NCBI GenBank assembly: GCA_964187785.1
Contig: OZ076410.1
Location: forward strand, 51,708,001 to 51,772,000
Origin: Amphiscolops sp. MND2022
Taxonomy: Eukaryota
DNA length: 64,000 nt
Reading direction: 5' to 3'
In this document: piece after piece, positions 48,702 to 61,142 of the stretch
How the letters are laid out: each line of letters starts with the position of its first letter
How positions within the stretch are numbered: the stretch's first letter is position 1
Program-made: the position numbers and the translations under genes
Notes under the pieces: generated by a model
Told to the model about the DNA's origin: nothing
Database searches by the model: none
What the model saw: only the letters and a program-made list of their open reading frames with translations

Positions 48702-51700
48702 CATTGAGGCTGATGTCAGCTAGGAAAACCTCCAACAAGAAGACCACGTAGTTGCGAGCCTTTGCAGCGAACTCGTCCCGATTCTTCTCAGTCATAACAT
48801 CTACCTCAGTGTTGACTGAGTTCCTTCTTACTGTTCTCTCGTTGGCCCGTATCCGACATATAGCATCAAGGTCAACTTTCAATTTCAGCCGATGGATGGA
48901 ATCTCGACTGGATAGTTGTCGCAATTCTTGTCCTTGGAGGTCAGGTAAAAACGGACGAAGTTTTGTAACTCCATATAAGTCAGGAACGCTGCGTCCTTTC
49001 GTCGGGGGAGGCTGCTCTCGAAGCACTTGTTATCTGAGAAACAAATAACGGATGCAAGTTAACACTATCCGCCAAAAGCAAAGTGTCGACGATAGGGCTA
49101 CAAGACAACAGGGGTACTGGAAAGATTGGTAAAGTTGGAGTTGGATCATGTAAAATGAGGTGAGACTGAAATGGAAGGAAAATACTAACAATGTCCGACG
49201 ATGTGACCAAAAAGTTCCAATTTGAAACGGAAAGTTCGTCGTTTATTATTTCCCATTCAACACTCTGCGGCTGAAACACAATGATGCATTGTGTAAAAGA
49301 TCTCTGGCCTGCTCCTGTACTTTAACTTAGAAGAAAAAGGGGCAATAAAGGATGAAATAGGATTTACCTTGTGCTTCACTCCTTGATTAGATTGGGGAGG
49401 GGCCACTTAAGTTAGGTAGGTCGGGCTTCAAATTATTTATATGAGCTCAGAACATATTGCTGCGATGGAGAGGATTGCCAATTTGCAAGACGATATCGCC
49501 TATGAAAACAAAGCCCTTTAGAGCATCCCGTGAGGACTTGAAACCTAGTCATTGTGAAATTCTATTCTTTGACAATTCGGGTATCGATTTGATCCAAACT
49601 TGATTTTGGCACCCCTCCATGAACGTAATCGGAAATCTCATTTGAGAAAAGAAACTGATACTCCCAAAGAAACTGTCCTAACGTTAACGCATTATGATTG
49701 GGAGCGAGAAAACGTCAAAGCGAAAGAGGTACTGGAGCCCGTTGTCGAAATAGGAGGACCTCTCCAGCTGGGGCACAAGGTCCGCAAAACACACAGACAC
49801 GCTAACAATCTGAGGTCAAGAAGAGATTACAGAGAGGAGCCGGGAAATAGCGACCAACAGTTCAGACATGAGCTCGGAAGCTAAACCATAACGATAATGC
49901 CTCACGGTGCAAAGAGTATCTGCCTTCAAGAAGCGAATGGAAACTAAGCGAGAAGCTCCCACTGATTCGAACTCCAATGAATATAGACCGGTTGTCGCGA
50001 CAATGTGGAAAAGGTTCCGCGATCATGCAGAGAAAGATGTGATGAAAAATTGGCCTAAACAAAACGGTTTATACAAAACTTAGCGTTATGCTATATGGCC
50101 TGGAAAGACGTCCATGATGAAAGCATAAAGAATACTTACCGTAAGTGTAGTGGCTCCCCAGTCGAAAGATGCGAAAAGTGCCTGATGCTTTGTGACTGTG
50201 CACACTTGATTTCACAAGGTCCGGAGTAAATTCATGTCACCACAAAAGGGAGTGAAGCTTGCAACTAAAAAGATCACAAACGGAGTTCTTCACACTTGGA
50301 ATACGAGTCAGACCCCCCCATGAAGTCGTCGTAGGAGGGATACTTATCCCCTACGTCGACTCAAGGAGCAATGTCGAAGATTGTCTTCTCCTTCTGCAAT
50401 TCTGTGGGAGTCAGGACGTGTCCGTTTTTCCTCCTCACTTCGTAACAAATCTGGCCTGTGATCTTGTATGACTTGCGTAAATGTTGGTAACGCCATCACT
50501 GGTCTTTACGGAGGTGGGACTCAGCTTGAAAGTGTCTAACTTTCCCTCGACCACCCATCGAACAAATGGATACATTTGTTTTGCATATCTGGCTAAAGAA
50601 CCTATGCATGTTTTTTCGGCGTCAAGTGGGACAGTTACAAAAGTTCTTTTCCAGTTTATACCTTTTATAAACATAGGCGCGACGGCATGTCGCGCTTAGG
50701 CACGAGCAGAAACGTTCAATGGTCTGCTGAAGGTGTTACAAATTCTTTGTGTTCCAGGGCCCACAACCTTGTGAACTTATCCAGTCTCAGATGAGGATAT
50801 TTTGATGAAAGAACTAAAAAGACGAAGGAAAATTTTTTTTGAGAAATATAAAAATATGTATTTTTGGCAGAAACCCGAAGGCGGCATACTTCATGACGGA
50901 AACTTTGATAGTACAAAAAGTAGCCTACATACTTGCCTCACTTTGTGAGGGAGAAAGGTTTTCATATCTATTTCCAGTTCGGAGAAAAATCAGCTACAAA
51001 TTGGAAAAAAATGGAAAAAGCAGAAAAAATGTTTCATTACTTTATTTGCTAAAAAAAATCCAGAGCGAAAAAAATTTCGACATCACTTTTAGCCTAAAAC
51101 GTAGCCTACACAAGCCTCGTAAAATTAACGAAACCATGAACCCCATATTTGGTCTCGGTCATGATATATACGAATTTAAGTTAAAAAGAACCAAGAAATT
51201 TTTTTGGAAAAAATCGAAGCTTTTTTGGCAGAAAAACGAAGGCGTCATACATGATGACGGTAACTTTGTAAGTCCAAAAAGTAGCCTATATCAATGTTGT
51301 TCCTCTCGAAAGAGAACAGTTTCTGTATCTTTCATCAGTTTTGAGAAATATGAGCTACGAATGAGAAAAAAAAATTTCGAAAAAGTTTTGTCTTCTGTTT
51401 TGCCCAAAAACACCAAGTATGAAAAAAAATTTTGACGTCATTTTTAGGCCAAAATGTAGCCTATAAACCGCTTGTACAATTTACGAAACCATGGACCCTG
51501 TATTCGGTCTCAGTTCTGAAATATAGGTGATCAAAGATGAAAATTGGTCTAAAATAGCGTTTTTTCAAAAGTTCGTTTGAAAAAAAAAATCCATGAAGCC
51601 GAATTTTTTCGAAAACTTTTTTCGACGAAAATGTAGCCTAAGATCCTGCGCAACTTTTAGTGAAAACATGGTGTCCGTATCTGTTCTGGGTTTTGAGAAA

Positions 51701-52746
51701 ATTGCCTCAAAAGTTTGAAAAATTGGCACATGTCCTGAAATCTGCAAAAAAAACGTCACCATATGGGCATCTCGCAAAGCTCGTGCCCCAAAAAGCGTCC
51801 TTCATGACTTTGCCGGGGCGACCAAGAAGCCGGTGTTTTTCCGTGAAGGACTAGGGGTCACGTGGATAGAGTGTGTTGTTTGTCGTAACTCGGCCAATGG
51901 TTCACTGCTTGAGTTCGGTTTAGAGTGGGGCGCGAGATCTTCAGCCGCCCTTGCACCCTGCGAATCGAAAGTGTGAAATTCGTCGTCAGAACTAAGAGCA
52001 CCGTTTGTGTATCTTCCAACGTTGTCCTGGCCTTGGCTAGATTTCCCAATGGAGGAACATTGGACCCTAGTTCCCACCCGAGTTTGAGCCCACCTCGTAT
52101 CACTTCTTCTAGAACGGATTTCATCGTTTGAAACGAAGAAATGATCAAAGACATTGTGGATCCGGCGTCCGCTGAATGCAATAGTGGGGTGTCCCATGGG
52201 GAAAGAGATTGGAGCGCTTCTCCCTGATGCGGAAATTTGTCTAGAAGGACTGGACGGGTGTGGCATGGCTGATGATGCAGTGATCTCCTTAATTCCGGAT
52301 TTAGGAAGAACAATACTCTCAGATTTTGTGGCAGTTTGAAAACCTGGACCAATGAGTGTAGCCTGATTAGAACACGTTTCAGCTCCTGAGCTATTCAAAA
52401 GGTCTTCTACATCACTAGTGTGGTTCCGGAAGCATTCAACCTTGGGCTGTTTAAAACTAGACTCACTCATCAGGTCAATTTGAACCTCGGGAGTGGCAGA
52501 CTCATGGGTTGAAGCATCTGGGTTTCCCAAAATTCTAGTGATTGCCCGGGATTCAGAAGCTCTTGTGGTATCTTGGACAAACTGATTGGCATCCATTGCT
52601 GCAGGACTTTGCGGTAGAAATGTTACGCGGTGGTGGCCAGTTTGTTCGTCTTGTGTCGTTAGAGTACGCTCAATACAGGTTGTTATGCTTTCGTTCGGAG
52701 AAGAACATTTAACTAAGAGACTGGCCTGATCTGCTGGGAATGTCAT
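48702..52746 (-). pseudogene. E2 antisense gene, N-terminal and middle part
   Basis: 314-aa Ser/Thr-rich ORF 51802-52746, then INWKRTFVTVPLD and the frameshifted finger FFSQICKTNVSICSMGGRGKVRHFQAESHLRKDQ*WRY (~50490-50600), then LLRTL*NQ...FASFDW and YSLEFES, aligning with E1. Confidence 0.8.
50668..51789 (-). mobile_element. Helentron/DINE-1-like non-autonomous element (~1.1 kb)
   Basis: Subterminal inverted repeat GGCACGAGC (50699-50707 / 51779-51787), 3' stem-loop GCGCGAC-GGCAT-GTCGCGC (50677-50695), insertion in a T-run with no TSD, and an internal ~357-bp diverged tandem duplication. Removing it plausibly rejoins KVMKDAF and (L/FI)KGINWKRTF. Confidence 0.6.
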
Positions 52747-53709
52747 GTCCTTGTCGATTACTTCAGCAGTGTTCTGTGTGACAGATTTTTCTGACAGTTA
52801 TGGATGACTCTCAGATAAATTTTCTTTGGGCGACAAATCTAAAAAAAAGAAAAAAAACTAAAGCGGGAACCATCCGTTTACCGCGTTTAAAGTCTTCCGG
52901 AAGTAGACAGAAGTGAGCATTTGTGAAAACTTGTGTTAACTAGACAGGAAGTATCTGCGGATAAGATCTGCCAGAAACAACTTTATTATATTTCATGTGA
53001 AAAAACTTTGCTAATTTTATCAATTTTCAATTATTTTTCCTTATTGTATTAAATTCTTGATATGGAATTACGGCCTTGGGTGGCCAAACAAAACTTACTG
53101 CGATCCTATTGGCTGCACACGGTGAAGGTAGACAGCGTGGCCTTCAGCCATATCTTCATCCAGTTGAGATTCTCAAGTGATTTATGAGTGCCAATAAACA
53201 CTCATCACGACCCTTCAGGGCGACTTGCCGCCTCAGAGTGTTGAAAGAGTAATTGGGTGTCAACAATGGTCTTGTCGGCCTTTTCAAAGAAGGCTCGTTG
53301 GCGGGCTGGAGGATGATCACGAGGAAAATTTGTTATTGAAAGTTTACTTGAGGAATAGGATTGTGAACTCCCGGAAAACTCAGACTCATTTCAAGAAAGG
53401 AAGAAATCGTGAAAAATTCATTCTGACTTCCTTTTTACCAGTAATCAGTTGATACCGGAAACTACTGAACAACTCTTGCTCAGCAGAAACGTTGTTCTTC
53501 AAATCCCTCTAATTTGCTACGAAATTGTTGGAACTTGGAGCTGTGTCTGAATTGTTCCCAATGGACTTCGTCGGCGCTGCCCAGTAAGACAGCACCGTCT
53601 TTTATCTATCAAGAGACGAAGATAAGGTTATGGAACGGTTGAGCACGAGGAGGTCTCCTTCCTAGAAGTACTCTCATCCTCTGAGGATGAAGATGAAGAA
53701 GTCGAGATA

Positions 53710-54589
53710 ATGGCACGTTGCGCGGAACGCCAACTAGGAGAAACGATGTCAATTCCCAGTTCTGGCTCAAAACCCAACGTAGTGAGAGTAGCAACATCAA
53801 GACTCAATGTCCCAGTGAGGCAATCAACAAGTCAACTGTATCTTGAGCAAGGACGCGGAAATGCTCCGATAAGGAGAGACCACGATGTTCAGACGAACCA
53901 TCCAATCAACATCTTTAGAACTGTGGTTCCTCTTGTGGATACACCCATGTCTCCTCCACTGAGCATCGAAGACATGTGGCCGTCATATGACTCAATGTTA
54001 CCCAATTATTCCTATGGACCTAGAGCTGACAACGTGGAGAGTGTGTCAACACACTTTAGTGGAATGGCCCTCACGCAACCAACGCCACTAAGTGGTTGCT
54101 CAGACTGCGTGGTCTGAGGGGAATCAGTGGCGTACATACAACAAGAAGTGGCAGGGGAGTACCTCAGCAAAACTGTCACCATAGCCAAAACACCCATGAA
54201 GACAGAATAAGAAAGAGAGATTTTCTGGACGGGATATCTGCAGGGACATTTTTATTAATGATAGGGTTATGTCGCAGGCTCCCGGGAAAACACTAATCAA
54301 GATCCAGGACATTTTGGAGTTTAAAATACATAGGAAAACAAAATCACTCACAGGTGTTACACCTTTGACTTTTCCAGAAGAAAGGTCAAAAGAAGTGTCA
54401 CAGGCGATAGAAGTGCCTGCGATCGAAATTTATACTCCATCGCTTACGACTACTATAGTACACTCCGTGGGACAATCTCCCTCGATTGAGGAAGACACAC
54501 TGGCCACCCGCCAACAAACTGCTAACAATTTGGATAAAAACTCTTGCAGTTTAATATTAGTCATGGACGTTTATTACTTTCACAAGTAA
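53710..54589 (+). pseudogene. E2 ORF3 remnant running into the 3' LTR
   Basis: Fragments 53710-54117, 54096-54296 and 54269-54589: CSDC, RIRKRDFLDGISAGTFL, then MSQAPGK spanning the LTR start. Confidence 0.6.
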
Positions 54590-56860
54590 AAGTTCTTATT
54601 CATACAAGTAGAAATAGTATCGAACACCAAGGCGTACAGGCAAAGGAAACGTGTTCAGATGCTTTCTTTCCTTTCGCCTTGGACAAGCCGTCCACTTCAT
54701 TCCTAACCAATCAGGTGCCGTTTTTTGTACTTCCATTGATTGTGTACTATTTGTAAAAAGTACTATTTGTAAAGTAGTACTCATTAGCGTCCTTCTAGGA
54801 CGGCAAGCCACTGTGGCTATTGTTTAATTAGGACAGTGCTATTCAATTAGTGGTTGAAGTGCTAATATCAAAGAACCGATATATTTTTTCAAGCGATGCT
54901 TCTTAACATTATGATGCGTCCTAATTGTCACACTGCCATCAAGGCTGAGACCTTGGACTTCAATTCAATTTGCCGATTAAATATTTTCCCCTTTCTTGAT
55001 TTTAGGTCCCCCTTAAGGAAAAAGGACATAGTGGTCATGTTCCGAAATTCACTTAACTCGCATGTATATTATCCGCACTTTTTTAATGTTGATTTATGTA
55101 ACGATCGTGATGGCCTTAGGGTCAAAAACACGCGAACATGTAAATTGCTCTTGTTATTACCTGTAAAATGGTTAAAATACGTGTTGCAGTAATTTGAAAG
55201 TCTCGATGTCACTGTAAACCAATTGGGCCTATGAGGCTTTGATGGTAAAAAAATGACAAATTACGTCACCAGGTACCATAATGTAAGAAATGAATTGGAC
55301 CCCTGATTGTAAAAAATGAATTCGACTGAAACTAAATTAGCTCGAAACCCGAGTGATTTTCAAGGTAGCCACAAATCGCTTGATCAAATATTATTAAATT
55401 AGTAAAAACACTTCAGAATCACTTTTGTTAACAATTTTGGAGCTTTGTAACATCACTTTCAACAACTTCTATTTACTACTAAATTTCAATCTAGGAGCAA
55501 ATTTTTGCAAAATTAGACGTCTAACAGACGCAGTGTTGCAATTTTGGAATATTGACAGAGACTAATCAACCCACTAATGATGATAATATGTTTTGTTTAC
55601 AGAAAACTTGATGAAAACTATGATCATATAAGGGTTCTTTCAAAAAGAAATTTATGCCCTATCTTAATACATTGCATTCAAGTTTCTTTCTCTGAAATGT
55701 CCTGTTCAAGAAAGTTTGTTTTCAAAGTTTTGCAATAAAAATATTTTAGAGGATACTTTTGTTGAAAAAGCGTCTGAACAATTGAAAATGAATTCGTTTC
55801 TACACTCATGGCTTTCGAAAGTTGAACTAAAATAGGTTAGAAACAAAATCACTACTAAAATGCATAGTTTCAAGAAAATACAGAGTTTTTGTATATTGAT
55901 CTCAGAATTTTCAAACGAAAATGTTTGTATTCAACGTTGAAAATTAATGAAGTTTTAGTTATACAGTTTTCCAAAATAATTTTTCGTTCAGAAGATTTTG
56001 GTCTCTTTTGATCCAGTCCGAATCATTTTTTACAATCAGAGGTCCATTTCAATTATTGCAGTATGGTATCTGTAGTGACGTTGTATTGTTTGTTACTATT
56101 TTTACACTTCGTATTCTAAAAAGAGCTTCATGATTATCTACATTCTGAGTTTTAAGTAAATTTGGGTATAAATGCTCGGGACACTTAGTCTCGAGGGGAC
56201 GATTTTGATTTACATACTTGCTACGTTCAGTTGAAACGAAACTTTGATTTACAAGACAGAATATATTGAATTCGTCCCTTGTAGCTATTTCTTACGCCTT
56301 CAACAAGGAGACAGAAAGCAAAAGTAAGGAAATTTCGAGAAATAGAGAGGTTGTCTGATCTCGATAATCTAGACATGATGGTAGGAAATGAATATGTCCA
56401 CCCTGTCGAAAGATAGTAGCCAAACACAATTGTGGTTCACTGAACCACTATGACACTGAGTCCAATTCACATCCTAGGGCCTTTTCTTCCCAGGAAAACG
56501 ATTTCAGGGAGTTTAGTCATGAAAACACAATCCCAAGGCAATCGATAGAAACCTTTACAAATGAAATTATTCTGAAGTTGTCGCAAGAAATGGACTCCAT
56601 GATGTCCATGATGCATTCAATACTTAATAGAGCCAAAAGCTCTGCGATAGCTGATTCCCGAAGATCCCATAAATTGTCTTCATTAATATGGAGATGAAGA
56701 TATGGAGTTCATTATCTTCAGGAACCAGGGACACCAAGTCCAGCTCGTCATCGAACAATCGGGAGAATATCAATGGAACGACTGGGTTCAAAACTAAAAT
56801 TACAAAAAAGGAATGTATGTCTGCTTTCGATCTGAGACACGGAGGACCTTAGTCCTTACA
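54270..56860 (+). repeat. E2 3' LTR (with 791-bp MITE)
   Basis: Starts TGTCGCAGG. Similarity to the 5' LTR stops exactly at CCTTACA (56860). Confidence 0.88.
55276..56066. mobile_element. 791-bp TIR MITE with TA target duplication (Tc1/mariner-like target)
   Basis: ~55-bp imperfect TIR CCATA(A/C)TG...GGACC(C/T)CTGATTGTAAAAAATGA with TA on both sides. The empty site CAGG-TG-TCTG is seen in the 5' LTR at ~27616-27625. Confidence 0.88.
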
Positions 56861-57199
56861 AGAAGTAACAACTTCATACTTTATGGCACCGTATTCAACA
56901 TCACCGAAACATTGAAAACACGCAAATCCTTTTACCCGATCAACAATTTGCGGAACTTGCTGAACTCGGACCCCAGGATCGCTCTTAAATGTTGAATACA
57001 CGTAAAAATATAACGATTTGGAAGATGACAAATCTTTCAACCTAGTTCAGGAAAATTATGAAAAGAAGTAACCAGGAAAAACTGTGAAACATGAGAACAA
57101 CTAGTATCAATGTTTCAGCTTCCGAGATAAGTAACAAAAACTGTTGATTCACCAATTGAAATTGAACCAACAACCATACTCTACAAAAAAAATTAAAAA

Positions 57200-57780
57200 G
57201 ACGTAGAGCATCTGTCTGTCGAATATTTGGAAAAAAATGCATAAAACCTTGAAAATTGGAAAATTTTGGGATTTTTGTCATTTTCGGTGTCAATTTGATT
57301 TATTTTGAGGTAAAAAAAACTGCAATAAATTCTTCTGGAACGCCTACTGGACAACCAAACCTTTCCTAGTTGAGCCCTTAAAACATTCCAATCCACGAAG
57401 TTTGTCGAAAATATGGAAAAAAAACGCAGAAAATCTTTGAAAATTGGAAATTTCTGGGATTTTTGTTGTTTTCGGTGTCAATTTGAAACAATTTCATTCA
57501 GAACATTGCAATTATCTCTTCGTAAAGACTACTGGACAACCAACCCTTTCCTGTTTGACCCTTTAGAACTTTACAATCCACGAACTCTGCCGAAAAATTA
57601 ACAAAAAATGCATAAACACTTTGAAAATTGGAAGATTTCGGGTTTTTTGTCATTTTCGGTGTCAATTTGAGATTTTTCCACTTGGAAAACAGCAATTATC
57701 TCTTCATAGAAGTTTATTGGACAACGAGTTTGTGCCTTGTTGAACGTTTTTAACATTCTAAAATACGATATCTATCAAAA
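57200..57780. repeat. Diverged tandem repeat, ~186-bp unit x3
   Basis: CGGTGTCAATTT recurs at 57285, 57473 and 57657 with colinear flanks. Confidence 0.85.
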
Positions 57781-58020
57781 ATTTGACAAAAACTGCCTTA
57801 AAACGTACAAAATTGAAATTTTTTCCTTTTGGGGTCATTTTGGGTCATTCTGTGGTCCTTGGAGTTAACTAAAAAAAGCCCAGAAATCTCCGCAAAAACA
57901 AATCGCACGAAGCTAAATTTACGTGCGTTGAATTCTATGGGTAACACCCTTAAAGTTAAATATAAATTTGGTGCTTGGCAAATTTTGTAAAAAAAAAACG
58001 TTTGATTTAAATAGTTTCCT

Positions 58021-58059
58021 TTCTCATATGAACTTCTCATATGAACTTCTCATATGAAA
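58021..58059. repeat. 13-bp minisatellite (TTCTCATATGAAC) x3
   Basis: Direct read. Confidence 0.9.
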
Positions 58060-61000
58060 TATGGGCGGAAAATAACAACCAGATTAAATAAGATTAAATA
58101 GGACTCCCCTCAGAACGCAGCAGCTTTCAAGGATGGAACAATTCCTTTCATTTTTCAGTTTATCAACATTTAGAGTAATGATCTTAGGGTAAAAGATTCA
58201 GCGGACTTGCATTTTCTATTTTTTAGAAAGGAACAATTTTAGAAAGGAATCAGAAATTAGAAAAACTATTATCAATTATTCACCATTTGAAATAAAGAAC
58301 AGGAGTAGTTGATTTACTAATTTAGTAAATAGAAAATTTTTAGTTTAGGTTGGATTACGTCGTTTACGATATCACTGGTACAAAAAAGTGTACAAAAAGA
58401 TCTTATAAAATCGAGAGTTCTAGAAGCAGATACATTATCAATGGCAACCATTTTATCAACAACTCATCCAAAGTACTTTAATTCGGAACCTTATAACTTT
58501 TTGGTCTCATCAAAACACGCTTCGCGAAAGGTGTTTTCCAATAAAAAGTTATTAGGCCGAAGCCTCATTGAAGCGACATCAATCCCGGTAATGATTATAC
58601 TTGGCGTTACTATTGCAAGCTCAATAAGGAATGTATGGAACTTCAGTCAAAAGAGGAGTAATGGAGACGTGAAAATTTTCAATTTCTAATGCTTGAAAGA
58701 TCTAAGAACAAGTTGGTTAGTAACATTGTTTTGTCATTGCAGACACAATTGTATCCTTGATCCTTGAAATATTTTGTCATTGAGACACATCAATAAGTTG
58801 AGGGTCTGTTCTGTTTTGAAGCAACTATTATTGTCGATAGTGGAACTAGATGATTCGGTGAATCTCTTTTCAGCCTATGGGTCTTATTTATATCAGAAGA
58901 GAAGCAGCTACAAAATTATATATCTGAGATTCTGAGCTTCCGCTGATTCAGACCAATTTCAAAATTTTCGTTCAAAAACGGTAATATGTCGCAGGAGTCA
59001 AGGCTACTCATAAAAATTGGTTTATTACAAAAACAGGAAACGCGCACTAAGTTCATTTTTTATGAGAGATCGTTTTGATACTAAATATTCCAGTCTCTGA
59101 ATAGTTGTTCTCTCTGAAAATTTTTCTCAGTGGTCGAAGTTGTAAAAACGCTTTATAGATAAAAGATTGTTACTAAATCTGTATACTTATATGGAAAGAA
59201 ATCCTACGTAATCCTACATCCTGTATGAGGATGTCATTATAACCAAGCCGGTAACGGTCCCAGTCGGCGCCCCGCAAAAGGTTCAAAAAACAGTTTTAAA
59301 TATGCAAAGGGACACTAATTTGAAATTTTAAAATGAAATTTACAGTACCAAAAAACACCCGAAGGGATCACCATAAAGCTCGAAAATAGCCTTTTCCGTA
59401 ACTCGAAACATCAAAAAACCCTATTTTCTGGGAAAACTTTGGAAAAATTAATTTCCTTCAAAAACTTCTCAGTGCCAAAAAACTCAAAAGGAGGCCCTTT
59501 GAGCTCCCAAAACGCTTTTTCCGAGCCGAAAACATTATTGAAAGTGAAGGAGGTAGCCCTTGACCATATTTTTCTCCACAAAAAGTTGCACAGTGCAGAA
59601 AAAAAGATCATATACTTGGGAACAATTTTTGAGAAACACCACAGGACCTAAACAACCATAGATGTTACCCTTAAGACTCAGTAAACTGCTTACCCAAACA
59701 AGAAATCTCAAGCAACGCAAAAGTTTTGTGGTGATTTTTTTCGGGCAGCTAAAAAACTTGGTTTTGTGCGGGACTCGAAACCACATAATCCTCTTTCTCT
59801 GGCGCGCACTTGCTATCCACCCACGCACACATTCACTACGCTGATGGTGGTAAAGAACTCGACATGAAATAAATGAAACTGAATAAAACCGGACGTTACA
59901 TGGTGATGGCGAAAAAAGAACTTGCAACTTTAGGAATTTTGCCGTATTTACTATGAAAAAGCTCCATCTAACAAAATATTATCTTGTAAGGGTGTTCAAT
60001 AATACAATGATATATGGAAGAAAAAAATCACAACCATACTCTTGATAACAATTTCCCTAAATCTGCTGCAGGGACAGGATTTCTGCGTACATATATAACC
60101 TATATAGGATCCCCAGATTCGAATATAAATGTTTAAAACACATTTGCATATTTTGAACTAATTCCTCAAAAAAACCAAATTTGCGAAAAGTGGAGGCTTA
60201 TAATTCTCGGGAAACATATTCTACGTAAATTTCAAATCAACTACAACAATATTGGCTGATTTTGCAGCCAAAATAAAAAACTGTCTTGTAATTTCTGCTA
60301 AAATTCAATGAGAATTACCCGTTTTGACAACCTTATAATCTCCTCGGAGACATGAGAAATTGATTATTGAGAAATTGCAAAACCATGTTACCATGGAATC
60401 GAATGCATTTGAAGGAAAATGAAGAGCCGCCTCTAATCCTTCAAATATTTGAGTTTTTCAACCTTAACTGATCGCCATATTTCGTTCAATTTAAACAGAT
60501 ATAAACCCGGTCTCTGATCTGGAATCATCGGGATAAAATTAATTCCAATGAATGAATTAAAATCGTCGATTACCTCTTTGAAAACGGATGTGTATCCACA
60601 AACTGATATTTGAGCAGCACGCAAATATCTATCACAAAATTCCAGTGAAGAACTTTTCGAACTAAATTCTCGAATCTTTTCACTTCAAATGATATTCATT
60701 GGAAATGTGGGACCATGTGCCTTGAAAAGGCCTGAAAACCAGTTCACAAAAAAGGGCCTCAAATTGTGTGACTTTGAAGAGTCAAACTACCGGGACAGCA
60801 CGAAAAACTGGAATTCGAAGATTTTTGTAGAAAAAACTTTTCTGGGGAGTTTTTTGGACGTTTGAGCAATATATTACTTTTGAGATATTCATTTCTTTCA
60901 ATTTCCTGTTTAACCCGCCTTAGCCCTCATTTTTGTTTGTGAGGTGTTATAGGAAAATATGTGAGTTTTTCTAACCAATATCAGTCAACCAAGATAGGCA

Positions 61001-61142
61001 GAAAGAGCCCAAAGTGATGTACTTACTGATCACGGACGTGTAGTTTGATGTGGTAAAAAGGCGGATATCTCTCATAATTTCATACTTATGCCAAAATATT
61101 TGCTTCTGTATTGTTTACTCTTTTAATTACACACAGGTGACT

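Larger units (their letters stand above)
26596..56860 (+). mobile_element. Ty3/Gypsy element E2 (~15 kb without nested insertions), degenerate
   Basis: Two homologous LTRs (~26596-28606, 54270-56860) flank gag-pol, an antisense gene remnant and ORF3. It is interrupted by E3, a Helentron-like insert and two MITEs. The 5' end is eroded and no TSD was found. Confidence 0.82.

Noticed and set aside
57200-58100. Tandem repeats as a CRISPR-like array
   Set aside because: Eukaryotic context, units are contiguous without unique spacers, and there are no cas genes.
58400-60760. Short coding-looking stretches (58441-58689, 60433-60624 and nearby minus-strand frames) as host exons
   Set aside because: They contain stops and no recognisable motif or consistent splice chain.
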